Positions 1 to 13,212 of a stretch of DNA of 46,075 nucleotides are shown one piece after another (the first letter of the stretch is position 1; each line of letters opens with the position of its first letter). A program made the position numbers and the translations under genes. The notes under the pieces are model-generated. The model was not told where the DNA came from. It ran no database searches and saw nothing but the letters and a program-made list of their open reading frames with translations. Source of the DNA: Octopus bimaculoides (lineage: Eukaryota); NCBI RefSeq assembly GCF_001194135.2, contig NC_069002.1, positions 19,923,587-19,969,661 of the forward strand, read 5' to 3'.

Positions 1-52
<52 letters not shown>
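1..52 (+). repeat. (AAT)n microsatellite, runs off the window start
   Basis: Pure AAT run. Confidence 0.99.
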
Positions 53-55
<3 letters not shown>

Positions 56-434
56 TGCTTTCTAATTGATGTATCAATACCAGCAGATGACAACGTTTCT
101 CTAAAAGAAATGGGAAAACTTTCAAAATACAAAGACCTGGAAATAGAGATAACTCGAATGTGGAATCTAAAAACAGAAACAATTCCTATCATAGTAGGTG
201 CCTTAGGTATAATAAAAAATATTCAGACAAATACATAACAAAAATACCAGGACTTACAAATATATATAACATACAGAAAATTGCATTACTGGGTACTGCA
301 CACATTCTACGCAAAACACTTTCAATACAGTAAACATAAGAGCACCACAGCAAACCACAGCACATTACCCAAGGCGCACAGAGCTGCGCTCGGTAGTGAA
401 GTGAAAGCACGTTATCAAAATAAAACTACTGAAC
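53..434 (+). mobile_element. R4/Dong-clade non-LTR retrotransposon, 5'-truncated 3' end (restriction-like endonuclease C-terminus + 3' UTR)
   Basis: From 56: [51 protein letters not shown]. After one frameshift near 215: [37 protein letters not shown], stop at 331-333. This is the typical RLE C-terminus (IDV.P, KY.DL, GALG, LLGTA.ILRK). (AAT)n lies on both sides (1-52, 435-466). Confidence 0.9.
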
Positions 435-466
435 AATAATAATAATAATAATATTAATAATAATAA

Positions 467-651
467 CATCGAAGATTACGTTAGGAATGAGAACCCAGGT
501 TCGAAATTTCCCCTAGACACCCGATGAAGGCTGGAGGTTATATCAGCCGAAACGTTGTGTTGACAACAAACAAGATGAGGACAAATATTCGTCATATATA
601 AAAAACGTAAATAATGTACATAGTTCGTCGTCTCTTAAATATAGAACTGTA
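467..651 (+). mobile_element. Hammerhead-bearing short element tail (family 1, PLE pseudo-LTR-like)
   Basis: Same sequence as 30701-30850 (+) and 29840-29979 (-): ttaggaatgagaacccaggttcgaaattt...gacacc.gatgaaggctgg...cagccgaaacgttgtgtt...gatgaggacaaatat...aataatgtacata...ctcttaaatatag. Confidence 0.85.
516..561 (+). ncRNA. Minimal type I hammerhead ribozyme motif (family 1), degenerate core (U4C)
   Basis: GACAC-CCGAUGA-A-GGCUG-gagguuauau-CAGCC-GAA-ACGU-U-GUGUU. Stem I GACAC/GUGUU, stem II GGCUG/CAGCC, palindromic ACGU stem III. Confidence 0.75.
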
Positions 652-804
652 TTCCTGATAATATTACTGACGCTAGAGAGGTCAGTGTTACGAGTGTGTA
701 GGGAAGAAATTGTTGAGATATCAAGTCAAAAGTGATGAACCGACTTTATCGACGTTCGAAGATATGTGTAAAATATAATATCTACCAAACGAACGGTTGT
801 AGTG

Positions 805-915
805 GATGATTGGCGGAAAAAGCAATATTTAGTTTCAATACGTTAGATTGTAGGTTGAAATCTTGCTGAGGTCAAATTTATATCTCAAACTTCCGTGATC
901 GATAAAATAAAAGGG
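805..915 (+). mobile_element. Degenerate tRNA-derived SINE (same family as 5604-5802)
   Basis: gaaatcttgctgaggtcaaatt...gatcgataaaataaa resembles the reverse complement of 5604-5802 (aaattccgccgaggtcgact...gtcgataaaataag). Confidence 0.4.
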
Positions 916-3009
916 GAGTGATCTGTTATTACCCCGAAAACCCGCGGCTTCATTACATACGTCAGAAAGCATAATTCACCTCTTCATTAACTATTAGCTA
1001 CTAAGTCAATTGCTTGGTCTTAAAAGATTGTTTTATGACGTCTTTTGGTGAGTGTTGTTTACAATGGTAACAGCAAGTTTCCTGTGTTTATTTTTCGTTT
1101 GAGCATACATCAAAAACCTTGTATGCATATCGGCATACGGAATATCACACACACATACACACACACACACACACAAACAATAAGAGAACTGAACCTTGCT
1201 GGAATTGATGTTAGAACAAAATCGACATATCAAAACACAAGGAATATTTGACCAACACTGTAATGTTACCGTTCTATCTACTACAGATAGCAGGCATGTA
1301 TCTGCAGCGTATACCATAATGTTCCAAACGGAAAAGTTAATATAAGATAATGTAGGTCCTCAATCCACTTTATCGGAATACAACACGGAATGGCCATAAT
1401 GTTTTATCTGAAGTTCGCCCGACCAGGGCAGGTTGACAAAAGCATTGAAGGACAGATTTTTGAAGATATTGTGGCTAAATGAATCATTGACTAATAAATA
1501 ATTGACAATTAATACCTGAAAGATGATCAGCAGTTAATCCTCGCTGGAATTCTAATCAATGGCGAATGCAATATTGTAAAAATTAGACGGCTCTTTTAAC
1601 AAGCACAACAATTTGACAATAGTGGCTATTGACTAATATTTCATATCGAAATATTGGGTAAGGAGTGCGTGATTGGCTTCAACTTCGAGCAACCAATCTT
1701 TATAAACATGGCAAGACCTCTAAGCGGTCATTCCATCTTCTAAGAAAAACAGTGATATTGCCCCGAATTACAACACATTGTACTTAAACTTGCAGAAAAA
1801 ACATAGGATCAACGAAAGAGAATTCATTAGAATCATATCTTGTCCAATAATCACATGCTACTTTATCAGAGCCGAACTGGAACTAAACAGCAACAGAACG
1901 CTACAATTATAATGCACTGTGTCCATAGAGTTGTTAACTCACGTCACGCTCAAATGATCCACAATTAGACAATGCTCATGAATAAACTATTCATAGTGAA
2001 ATTGCTGTTTTATTATCGATTTCTTTGTAGCCTTTATTTACACTCGATTATGTTATGAGTTAAAATTCACTGAGATCGATTTTGTTTTTTATCCTACTGG
2101 GTCGATCGAATATGTATTGAACAAGATTGGGCCCAAAGTTCGAAGCTTTATATGTATCAATATTAAAGTCGTCGTCATTAGTGTCACATATCTTCACATC
2201 TTGCTTTCCTTTTGTAGACTGGAGAAGAAAAGTTCGTCAAAAGGATTTTCTCTGAATACTTGCGAAAGAATTTCGTGGAAATTGTGTGGCGAGGGGGAAG
2301 TTATGTATTTTGTATACTAATAATGGCGATTTTCATGAACTTGAACTGGGGACAGTGTTGGTCAAACATTTCACAATCTCCACTGTGACACGAATGAAGT
2401 GAAACTAAATGGACGCAAAAGGTAATTCAAATCTTGTCACGGGATCTACACTCCGGCTATCATTTATAAAAACTCAAAATGTCAGCGAAGATACGGCAAA
2501 AAATAAAACACAAATCGGTCTTGAGATCAAACTGAATATAACAGCTTCGATTTGATCTGGAAATTTTCTTTTACCATAAACACCAATGTACTCTATTACA
2601 ACGCAAATATTAGGAGATCGGACCATTTTTCTTTGGTAGATTCGCATTAATTCCGTACCGACTTTTACCCTTTCAATACTTAAAGCCCAAGAAGCACATT
2701 TAACGCTTTGATCTTCAGAGCTGAAGGCGACTGGAATTTGCTATATCATTAAACATAAAGTTCTACTTATTTAAATGCGTTCTCTCGTGTATCGGGATGC
2801 GTTTTATTTTTGATATAAATATTAACGCAAGCGGGTGATAGCGTTTTCCATCTTCAGTTGAATAAATTATTCTACAGAAACGACTGTGACAACAATATTC
2901 ATGGACATAATGCCGCGAAATCTGGTGCACGGTCTAAATGTCATTTCAAAAACGTAATTGTTTTCCTTTTAATGGTTAGGTTGTTGAGTTCATGATTACT
3001 TTATCGTGG

Positions 3010-4330
3010 TTTCAAGTTTCAGACCGGATGTATTTTTCTGTTCTGTACAAAACTCTTCAACTCACGTTGATTGCAACCTGTTGAAAATGAATCTCGGATG
3101 CCTGGCCGAAACAAGTGTTGCAACTTCAAGGTAGGTGGTGAAATTCACCCCCATCTCCGACCCACCGTTAGTGCTGTACACTTCGGCGAAATGCCACTGG
3201 AATTCCTCACACATTTTCTTGATTTTGTAGCCAGTAAGTGAATTGTAGCTTAGTTGTCAAGATGCGCTTCTGCTATCCGGGCCCATCAGATGCCTTTCAT
3301 TCACTCACGTCTTAGCGCACGCACCCAAGCAATTATAGTGCAAACTTCATTATTTGCATCAAAGAATTGATCGAAAGCCAATCTCACCACCAGCACGTCA
3401 GTTGCGATGCATCTTTTTCGTATCACTTGTAGCTTCCTAACAGAGGTCACCCTTTGTTCGAGATTACTTGGACGCAATTTCTTTACTAAAACATAACGCC
3501 TCTATTCTTATAGCTCTTCTCAGGGTTGTCCAGACACGGTTGTTCCCGAATCCACCCAGCAACCTCTGATGAACTAACTTGCTTACTCGGTCTATGAATG
3601 TTTGTCTCACCAGGAAAGAAGCATTCAGCTTCCAGTGTTAGAGCTCTGCTTATGGATCATATAGATCGACCCTATAGAATACAAATTTGTAGTCTTTGTG
3701 CACGGTGGTTTCAATTTTTGACAGCTTCTGTTACATCTGCTTACAGGCCTACAATTTACTCTATGAAGATGCGATCTGAAAGACCCGAATCTATTGTCCC
3801 ATGACAAGAATGGCGCATTCGGGTAATCTAGTCATTATCAATCAGACAGTTCGAAGCTGCTGAGCGTGTTTATGAGGCTTTTACACCTACCTTTAAAAAA
3901 GGCGCTCACTATCCAGGTGTGCTCCCGACATGGCGTTCCATTCACCCACTAGTACTAGAGTGCGAGACAGACCAAGAGAGATCACCAAACGTTTGAAGAA
4001 AAGTGGATACCCCATTCCCAGTCGGGGCATACACTGCGACTATTCTAAAAACACCACCCTCGATATTGCACACATCTGATACCACCAACATAACATCGTG
4101 GTCCAATAAGATCATTCGTCACTGGAGATTCAGGCCTAACATTAACAGAGTACTCAACGCGGCTCCCATTCCAGGATGACGAAGTATTGTGGAGATTTCA
4201 AAAACGCCGAAATCAGGGGCTACATCATATGTGTTGGAAAATCCTAAATTGCAGCTGTTCCCCTCCCAGAAGGCGAATGAGGTTTGTTATCATGAGGATT
4301 TCTAGGAGGCTCCTACTCCCTTCCAAAAGA
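3010..4330 (-). mobile_element. Tx1/L1-clade LINE ORF2 remnant (APE endonuclease + linker), decayed
   Basis: Minus-strand pieces: GGVFRIVAVYAPTG; FFKRLVISLGLSRTLVLVGEWNA (GDWN motif); LSWDNRFGSFRSHLHRV (SxLDR); HWKLNASFL..; VWTTLRRAI. Many stops and frameshifts. Confidence 0.8.
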
Positions 4331-4409
4331 ACACATGCTAAAATCTGCCATAAATTCATTCCTGCGGAATTCCTGAGATATTTATCCTCATCATCCACTT
4401 TCCAAAATT

Positions 4410-4482
4410 TGAACTAAGAACGTAAACACGTACGAAATGCCGCTAAGCATTTTCCCGTCATGCTAACGATTCTGTAACTCTC
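4410..4482 (-). mobile_element. 5' fragment of a tRNA-derived SINE
   Basis: RC = cagaatcgttagcatgacgggaaaatgcttagcggcatttcg...ttagttcaa, matching the 5' half of the 5604-5802 element. Confidence 0.65.
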
Positions 4483-4488
4483 AATCTT

Positions 4489-4489
<1 letters not shown>

Positions 4490-4542
<53 letters not shown>
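4490..4542 (+). repeat. (AAT)n microsatellite
   Basis: Pure AAT run immediately 5' of the R4/Dong fragment. Confidence 0.99.
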
Positions 4543-5594
4543 TGCAAAGCTAGACAGAACTAGGAAGGAATTCAATATGAAAGGCGGATTCCATCCAAGG
4601 GCTAGAGTAGTAACATTATACCTACTTAGAAAGGATTGCGAAGAGGGTTAATATCAGCACAAAACTACGTGGAGTTAGCTCGAGTAGATATAGACTTACA
4701 CGTAGGTAATAATGAAGAAAGTTTTTAAAAGCTGCTACAGTTACAGAAAGACATAGGGAAACCAAACACTAAACGAACTTAAAAATCAGGAAGACGATGA
4801 GAAAATGTCTGACTGGCAGGAGAAGGTGTTGCATGGTAGATTCCGAAAGATAGTTTCAGCAAATAATGAGACATGGTTATGTTTGCAGACACGAAATCTA
4901 AAGAGGGAGACAGAATGTTTGTTAGTAGCTGCACAAGAACAAGCATTAAGGACTAATTGGATACAAAGCCAAGATAGACAAAAAGCAAGTAGATTCCCAA
5001 TGTAGATAATGCAAATCAAAAGAGGGAAGCGTTACTCATGTAATAAGTGAATCTAGCATGCAGACACGGGAGGAATACAAGAAAAGACATTACAATCTAG
5101 AGAGAATAATCCACTGGCAACCATATAGAAACATAGGATTTGAAATACTGATAAATGGTATGAACATGAACCTAGTAAAATACTAGAAAGTAAGAAATAC
5201 AAGATGATGTGGGACTTTAATATTCAGACTGACAGAGTAATAGATGCCAGAAGGCGTGATTTTGTTGAACTAAATAAAGAGAACAGAAAGTGCCACAGGA
5301 TGAAAAATTTAATATGAGAATCATAGAAAAAAATAGCAAAGTACCCGGACTTAGCTATTGAATTATTATCCCAGTAGTTATAAGTGCACTGGAAACTATC
5401 CCTAAATATCTGAAGATATGGACAGAGGAAATAGGCATAAAACCTAGTTTAGTACAGCTCCAGAAAACAATGTTAATAAGGACAGCAGGGATACTTAGGA
5501 GGCTTCTTGGCATCTAAGGTTATTTGTTGTATCCCAATGTTAGGATCCTTTTCTTTTCCAACAATCTAATCTGTTGAGTGTATATTAAAATAGT
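4543..5594 (+). mobile_element. R4/Dong-clade non-LTR retrotransposon, 5'-truncated (thumb, zinc knuckle, RLE, 3' UTR)
   Basis: KLDRTRKEFNMKGGFHPRARVVTLYL (FHP..LY.P.K motif); WQEKVLHGRF..LKRETECLLVAAQEQALRTN; EYKKRH; WYEHEP..MMWDFNIQTDRVI; stop at 5515-5517; ends in gataataat. Confidence 0.9.
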
Positions 5595-5603
5595 GATAAT
5601 AAT

Positions 5604-5802
5604 GGTTCCAAAGTTTGTGAAAAGGGCAGTAATTTGGGGGGAGGGGTGAGTCGTTAGATCAACACTAGTGTTTAACTGGTACTTATTTTATCGACACCGA
5701 AAGTATGAAAGGCAAAGTCGACCTCGGCGGAATTTGAACTCAGAAATTAGCGATGGGCAAAATACCGCTAAACTTTTCGTCCGGCACGATAACGAATTTG
5801 GC
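5604..5802 (-). mobile_element. tRNA-derived SINE
   Basis: The minus strand has a B-box GAGTTCAAATTCC (RC of 5729-5741), a body with gccgaggtcgactttgcctttc...gtcgataaaataagtaccag, and an (ATT) tail shared with the AAT tract at 5595-5603. Further copies occur in the window. Confidence 0.8.
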
Positions 5803-8199
5803 ATTTTTCAATGATTTCTCCATTGTTTTTGTATGTATGTGGAACTAAATGTAGGCATATGTATATAAGTATGTATGTATGCATGTATGTATGTATGTAT
5901 GTATGCATGTATGTGTGTATTTATATTTGGATCAGCGGGTGCATGTATCTATGTATATATAGGGCTTGGCTGCTCTGCATTGACAAGGGGAAACACCCTG
6001 AAACTAGTCTGCAGATGCCAAACCAGCAGGGGGACGCTGCTGATCTCCCCTGTTCGAGGGTTATAAAGGACACAGGTTTCGTGTGTCACATAGCTAGCTA
6101 GAGGCGATGGCTTCTTGGAGCTAATTCACGGCAGCTTTCGTCCTAATTTTGGGACTGCCATGTTGGCTTGGCGATAACAATTAATTTCCAGTACCGCTGC
6201 CGTAGTCTCCTTTAGAGAGAATTAGAAATATTAATAACTCTCTCTCTATATATATATATGCATATATGTAAGTATGTATGAATGTACGTATATACGTATG
6301 TAAGTAATCATATATGTATGTGCATAAATATTTTGTGGCAACAAGATACCTTAGGCTACAAAATGAATAGCGCTTTTGAAATATATTCTGAGAGGAATAT
6401 CAGGGTTTAAGAATAATGCTTCAGCTACCAAAGAACAGAATCTGCTGTCAAATTTTGATTGCTGTTAAAAATGCTTTGATTCATATATTCTTTTTTTTTA
6501 ATTCATATTATGTAATGCCTTGGGGCAGGTCTTGTTATACACAAACTTTCATTCCTGATATCTGTGTATTTCGCATGAAGTAGCTTATTCCATTATTTAA
6601 AAGGCGGATTGAGTGGGCCGTGACTAATAAAGGAAAGGTTTCTATATTTTACCAATTTGTTGACATTGACTTTCCCAGAAGTTATTTTACACATTTCTCC
6701 TCTGAAGGTGAATACGTCCCACCTTGACACACTGAAACGTCTGTAGTTGAATCGAACTCAGGACCCCTAATATCAGTATTGATATTCGAGCTGTGTCAAT
6801 AATACTCACAATTCAAACGCGATATTTGTGAATTTATCCAAATAGCTAAAACCTAATTATTTATTTCTTCTGCAGAATATGTACTGTGTTTGCTAATGGG
6901 AAGAAACTTATCAGAAACAAAGTTAGTTTAGCAATCTTTAATTTCAATTACAGCTTAAAGAGAGTATTTAATCGAGAGTAAGGTGTGGTCCAGTTCTTTT
7001 CCCGATCATGTCTATTGTCTTTTCTATGATTACCTCCAGCAGAAATAAGGAAACGCGCTCTTCCTTTCCAACGAGTTTTATAGCGTCCAAGAGAAACCAT
7101 TCATAATAATAAAAGGAAGTGCTACCGGACTCTCTTTCATCATTAATGACTGATATTTATAATGTATGTGTGAATGGCGTTATTGCATAAGCAACTCGAT
7201 GTAGGCTGGATAGCGAATAAATAGTGAAAATATCATCGAGAATTGCATGTTTTCAGAGTGGATGAGACATATAGTCCAAGCGTAAAGTCAGTGATTTATA
7301 CCTCGTCATAGATGCTGCCGCTTGTTTATGCTTAAGTCATCCCATATGACTGACTTCCTGTGATATCGCAATATTAGGAATGAGTTTACTGCGTCTCCGA
7401 TTATTACATTAAAAAACATAAGCGTTCCATCGTATTGGCTGGCCTTAAATTCGATTGACTCTATAAATTCGAACTATTCAAAGATTCACCAACGATTCTA
7501 TGATTTTATATTGATATTATACTGATAAGTTTCTTTCTTCATTGTTACTTTATTGATTTAATTTCACTGTAAAACATAGCCAATATATTTATGAAAAAGG
7601 GTTTACATCGTCCTTTTTGCACCTTAGAATTAGAGAGAATCAACAGAATACGATATAAATGCAGAAAGCATTAAAACGTAACAAACTCAATACTGTTGGG
7701 GACGCACTCTTTCGTTGATAATGGATGACTATTCGACAGTAGAGGAAATGGCGAAAAATAGTTTCTTTTCAATGTGTTCAATTACCATCAGGAATCGAAT
7801 TCTGAATTCGATGTTTGATAACATATTCGAGAAATAAAAATTCATCTGATGTTGCTTAAGTGTTGAATAATAAGAGAGGCACAAGTGGTGATAACGAACT
7901 GAAAAGGAATAAAAACAAACAAAAAAAACAAACAAACAAACTAATCGACACCTTTTTACTAAGCGTTCATTTATACGTATTGATAATAAAGAAGCAGGAG
8001 AAGAAAATGCCGTTTGAAAGATTATTTCGGATAAAAGAAGTAAAATGATCAATATAACAAATAATTCTTCAATTTAGGAATAGGCATTGTTGCTATTTAG
8101 ACTTCAGTGGTGCTCGATTCCAATAACGAAACTCTTCACCATTCTATTAAACAACCAGTCACAATCTCTCATAAATCCTTTCTTTTCCATGATAATGCC

Positions 8200-9560
8200 A
8201 CAGTTTATATTCTATTGATTACTACTCATATTGACTTATAAAGTACATATTCTGTTTTGATGTGATAAAGGTTTAATGGAAAATTGATCAACATCAAAAC
8301 TAGAAATCTGTGGCTACAAAAAACCCAAATTTCTATCATCTCCATAAGAATTTTAACAATTTACTCTCCATTTGCATTATTGTCGAATGTTTGCCGAAGA
8401 AAAAACGACAAAAAGAAAAAGCCATCTTTATACGTATATATAAATTTGTACAACACATTTTATATCGATTGCTTTAGAATAGGACAAACAGACATTGAAA
8501 GTAGGATGGGATGTATTGAATATCAATTATATATTGCAAGATATTAAAATGAAATATTGTCATACGCTATGCACAGGCATGGAACTCTATCTAAGGAATT
8601 CGTTTCCCATTCACATGAATCTCTAGATTTTCACGCATTGATTGGAAGCTAGTTAGTGAAATTTAACAAAATCTGTCCAAAAAGTTGTTGTTTTCTTTCA
8701 TTGATTGGATAAGCAGCTTTATGTTTTTTTTTATAAAGTTGAAGTTGCCATCAAGGTGAGTTCTTCACGAAAGAGCGTGTTTATCTATAGATCGTTTCTC
8801 ATTGGTTAATTAAACAGGGCTTCTCTGTTTGCTTGCCTATTGTGTAAGTACACTTCGTTACTGCTTATCGCTTTTAGATTGTTTCGAACAAAATTTCCTT
8901 GGACCAGCTCATTGATTACATCATGTAGCTTTTATTTGGCAAAGGCCCTATTTCAAATCGTATTACATTCTCCTTCAGGTGTCACTGTAGAACTCTCAAC
9001 ATATATGGTTCTAAACAAATTTCTTTTGCTCTCTTTTACACGTTCCAGCAGTACGTAAATTTATTTGACAAATATTTCTCAAATTAAGTCTGCATAACCT
9101 GACCTGACCTGGTGTTATACATCAACCGCTTGACATCAATAATTCCAACAAATAAGAATCAGATATGTCTTCCCCGTAGGTCTGGCATGATTGTTTTGTT
9201 CTTTTCGTAAACATTTATATTAAATGGAATAGTTATTTGTATTATTTATGTAGTGAAAGTATCCATATTTTGCATAAAGTAACGATTTTACTCTAATTTG
9301 TCACATAATTTTTTTCGAAGCAATTTTTAATGAAGAAATATTTTAGATACATGTCAGGGATTTCTTATGTCTTCATTTCATTTAAATGAAATGTTTTCAT
9401 TATCTTTTCGTAGTGTAGATTTGCTTAAATGTACATGCATTTTTCTGTCTTGTATCAATTCCACCTCAGGTTGTGGCATTGCAGATACGGATAATTGAGA
9501 TAATCCTGTTTTCATTGTTATGTCTTTTGGAACTTATTAATACGAGTAAGTTGATGGCAG
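8200..9560 (-). mobile_element. Possible very old PLE remnant
   Basis: Scattered minus-strand pieces only, e.g. MYNTRSGQVMQT..WNV*KRAKEIC, resembling the VY.K.T.TGQY..L..RA..IC thumb region. The alignment is weak. Confidence 0.3.
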
Positions 9561-10650
9561 TTGTCTGTATATGAGTGCGTGTAATATGTAAGTGGGCAAG
9601 TAGTTTACACGAGTATTCTCCCGATTTGAAAGACTGTAACGAGTGTTCATACTATGTGTTGTGTGGTTGGTTTTATATTTGTTATATGTGAGTAACAAGG
9701 TCCAGTTCTGAGAATCTTGGTTTCATTTCTGTCCTATCATATCCATGCATCGTCAATTTTGTACATTTTTGAGGGTAGCGTAAAATTTAAAGAAGGTTGT
9801 GATTCTCGTGTCAGATGGAGACACAATGTAGAGATTCCAGACTCGACAAAAAGGCAGCTTCTGACTTGCAATATACACTGAAAAAGTTCCAGTCTTTAAC
9901 TTCATTTCATGTATACAAATGTTTCTCCGCAGAATCATTCCACAACAATTTTAGTATACATTGAATGAAAATTATCTCCAAAGAACTCATTATCGTCGTA
10001 TATGCGTACCAAAGGATCCGCCCTTAGCAAGTTTTCTCCAAGGACTATTGTTTCCAAGAATGATAATCTAATTAAGGTGATAATTTCTGAAAGTGTTTTC
10101 CTGGTCTATCAGAAGATTATCTAATTAAATAGAAGAATCCCTCGCCTCTGTGGCATTTTAGTTAAATTACTGATGGGGATTTCTGAAGTCATTTGCAAAT
10201 GAAGAACATTCTAAACGACGAATGAGTTGATTACGGTACATCTCTGAAGTATTAAGCTCCTATGCAAGAACATGATATGTAGAGATGCTAAAAGTATAAA
10301 GTACGTAGTCACCGATATTCTAAAGATTATTATGGGATGAACACGGATTATTGATTTTCGGCTCACTAGTTACAGAATTGAGGGATTACATCAGGAATTC
10401 TCAAGAAAATTGAAGATAATAAACTGTTAAGATATATCCATGGAATTCACTAAATAACATTTTGTGGACACGCACACACACACACATGCCAGCACGTTGT
10501 ATAGCGTAATGACAAAAGTTTCATATTTTCCTCATATAAAACTGTGATCTATCTCGCCGTTATTGTTGTCGTCACACTCTCACAACCATTTTCATTTATT
10601 TTCCGATTATCGACACAGACACGCACACAGACCGAACGTTTGCGTATATA

Positions 10651-10656
<6 letters not shown>

Positions 10657-10740
<84 letters not shown>
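10657..10740 (+). repeat. (TG)n microsatellite
   Basis: Near-pure TG run. Confidence 0.99.
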
Positions 10741-10745
<5 letters not shown>

Positions 10746-11620
10746 GCGTGCGTGTGAACGCGCAAGCGTGTGTGTGTATATATATGTTTGTTTGTAAACC
10801 GTAGCAGATATAAAAGATGTCAAAATTAATTATTTCTATGCAAATTTGAAAATCTTATGAACCGCCTTAATCTACATTGTATACAAAAGAGATTTTCTTT
10901 CCAAATGCAATGTATGTACTCTCTCGTTAGGCGCTTAACTGTTCTGGAATAATCAAAGAATTAATTTGTTTTAGTGCTGTTCATGTCTTTGAAGAATGAA
11001 TTATTGTCGGTCATAAATGAATTTATTCTATTCCTTGGTTTCCTTATGCAAAGCGCCTACTCCTTTCACCATACACATTCTCTGTATTTGTAGAAGTGAG
11101 GCTAACTGAAACATTTGAATTAATAGGATATTAATACTCCAATCATAACAGAAATATTTGAATATTACTCAATAAAACTATATTGTTTCAGCATTCAGAT
11201 CCCTCCAGTATCAAATTTGCCTTTCATTGAAATGAAGTGTATACAACTATAAAATGAAACTCAAATATGATCACTTTTATTACGAAACAGTTATTGAAGC
11301 ACTCATATGGATTAAAGGAGTCATTTGCATCCAATTCCAGAAATCAGGAATATTCATGAACCTCTACTGTAATCTACGGATAATTTTCAATAAGAGATTA
11401 ATCGATTTTATCCTGTGTAGAAATGACCTGGTACATCGAGAAGAATAAATGACAGAATCACTCTCGGATGTATTTGAAGCCATATCTCAAGGACCGTCGT
11501 CTGACTTTCTTACTATTCTCATAATTCAACAAAAACCCGACAAAAGACTGCTAAATGAAGAGTCAGACAACTATTCGCCTACGTTCAAGATTTCAAGAAA
11601 GTAATATTTAAATCCATGTA

Positions 11621-12780
11621 TAAAGGTTGGACAAAATAATTGAAACAACATCATAAATTTAACTATTTCCTATTGGCAATGGGGCAAATTCAGATCCGTT
11701 CTAGTTTGTTTGGATGTGCTCATTTGTATTATGTATAACGTGTATTGTTTTTGCTTTCAGATATTTATATTTAAATATATTCAAATGTGTGACCTAAGTG
11801 ATTTCCAAACTGTCGTAGCATGAGCTGATAAAATTTCATTGATTGAATCTACTGAACCGGTTAATGTCTCGAGAGCTACAGTTTCTAGACGGAAAATACG
11901 GTCCACAAAAACGGACAACAAACTAGAGAAATGCATTTTATGTATAATCATCGAAGAATGGTAGCAAAAATGACAGCAGTGCTAAGCTACCACATTACCA
12001 AAGCTGTGTCTGCGAAAACCGTTCATCTTTGGATCCGTAAAGCTGGATACCATGAAAGGGCTGCAATTGTTAAAGCTCTTCTCCCTCCCCCATCAAAACC
12101 CTAAACACCGGACAAAACAGGTCTAGATTTTCAGAAGTGGTTTATGGCTGAATGGGACAATTAATCATCATTTATTAGTTGTTCCCACTTCGAGGTCAAT
12201 TCATCTCTGAAGACAACCCAAAGAAGCCTTCGTACCTATCAGGAAATATGGTGGTGGCCCTATGATAACTTGGGTAGCCATATCACATAATGCCGTTTGT
12301 GCTTTAGCTGTTTTTATGTCAGAGATCACACTATGTCTTATCTGAAAATCTTTGGTTGATTATATCCATCCTATGTTACAAACACTGTTCAGTGATCGTA
12401 GCGAAGTCTTCCGCGATAATGCACCAATCCACAAAGCTAATGTTATGGCAAATTGGTGCGAACAGAGCACATGATTGAAGCAGGCTGCTAGGCTTCGCCC
12501 CCACAATCACCAGATGTCAAAATAATCGAACAGCTATGGTGTATTTTGGAGCAGCAAATAGAAAGGCACTTTCACGTCACAATTTTGATCAAGGAGTTAA
12601 AGCCGGATTTACTGAAATATTTGTCTAAAAAAAATCTAGCAAGCGTTCAGAACTTGTACCAGTCAAATCCCCGACGAATTCAAGCTATGATTGATGCCGA
12701 AATTAGAAAAATTCCGTTTTAAATAGCAAAAATTCCATTCATCTATCAACAGTATTCCGCTATTTTGCACTCAACTTCTG
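11621..12780 (+). mobile_element. Tc1-family DNA transposon, decayed, probably near full length
   Basis: 5' TA (11619-11620) + taaaggttggacaaaataattgaaac; 3' gtattccgctattttgcactcaacttctg (degenerate TIR pair); internal transposase remnant. Confidence 0.85.
11785..12721 (+). pseudogene. Tc1 DDE transposase pseudogene
   Basis: MCDLSDFQ..VSRATVS; VSAKTVHLWIRKAGYHERAAIVKALL; RKYGGGPMITWVAIS; VFRDNAPIHKA; SPPQSPDVKIIEQLW; LYQSNPRRIQAMIDA. Stops and frameshifts present. Confidence 0.85.
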
Positions 12781-12788
12781 TCAGTTTA

Positions 12789-12854
<66 letters not shown>

Positions 12855-12881
12855 CCCCTCTCTCTCTATCTCTTTTCCTAC

Positions 12882-12921
<40 letters not shown>

Positions 12922-12994
12922 ATATCTATCTATCTATCTATCTGTCTGTCTGTCTGTCTGTCTGTCTTTCTGTCTGTTTATTTATCTAGTTATC

Positions 12995-13034
<40 letters not shown>

Positions 13035-13050
13035 TGTGTACGTGTGAGTG
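12781..13050 (+). repeat. Compound microsatellite (TCTG, TC, TCTA, TG)
   Basis: Direct reading. Confidence 0.97.
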
Positions 13051-13128
13051 TATCAATATTAATAACTATAATGAATATGGAGATTTGTGCATCCACAAAA
13101 TTTATTTCATAGTTGTATACCGCATAAT

Positions 13129-13212
13129 AACCTACGCGTGTTTCCGCTGAAACAGCTATTCACTGTTGTAAATGCAACCTTGCAGCATTGTCGGTGCAGC
13201 TTCACCAGGATC
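13129..13212 (-). ncRNA. Type I hammerhead motif with long stem II (family 2), core A6G
   Basis: GAUC-CUGGUGA-A-GCUG..~45 nt..CAGC-G-GAA-AC-ACGC-GU-A-GGUU. Confidence 0.6.
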
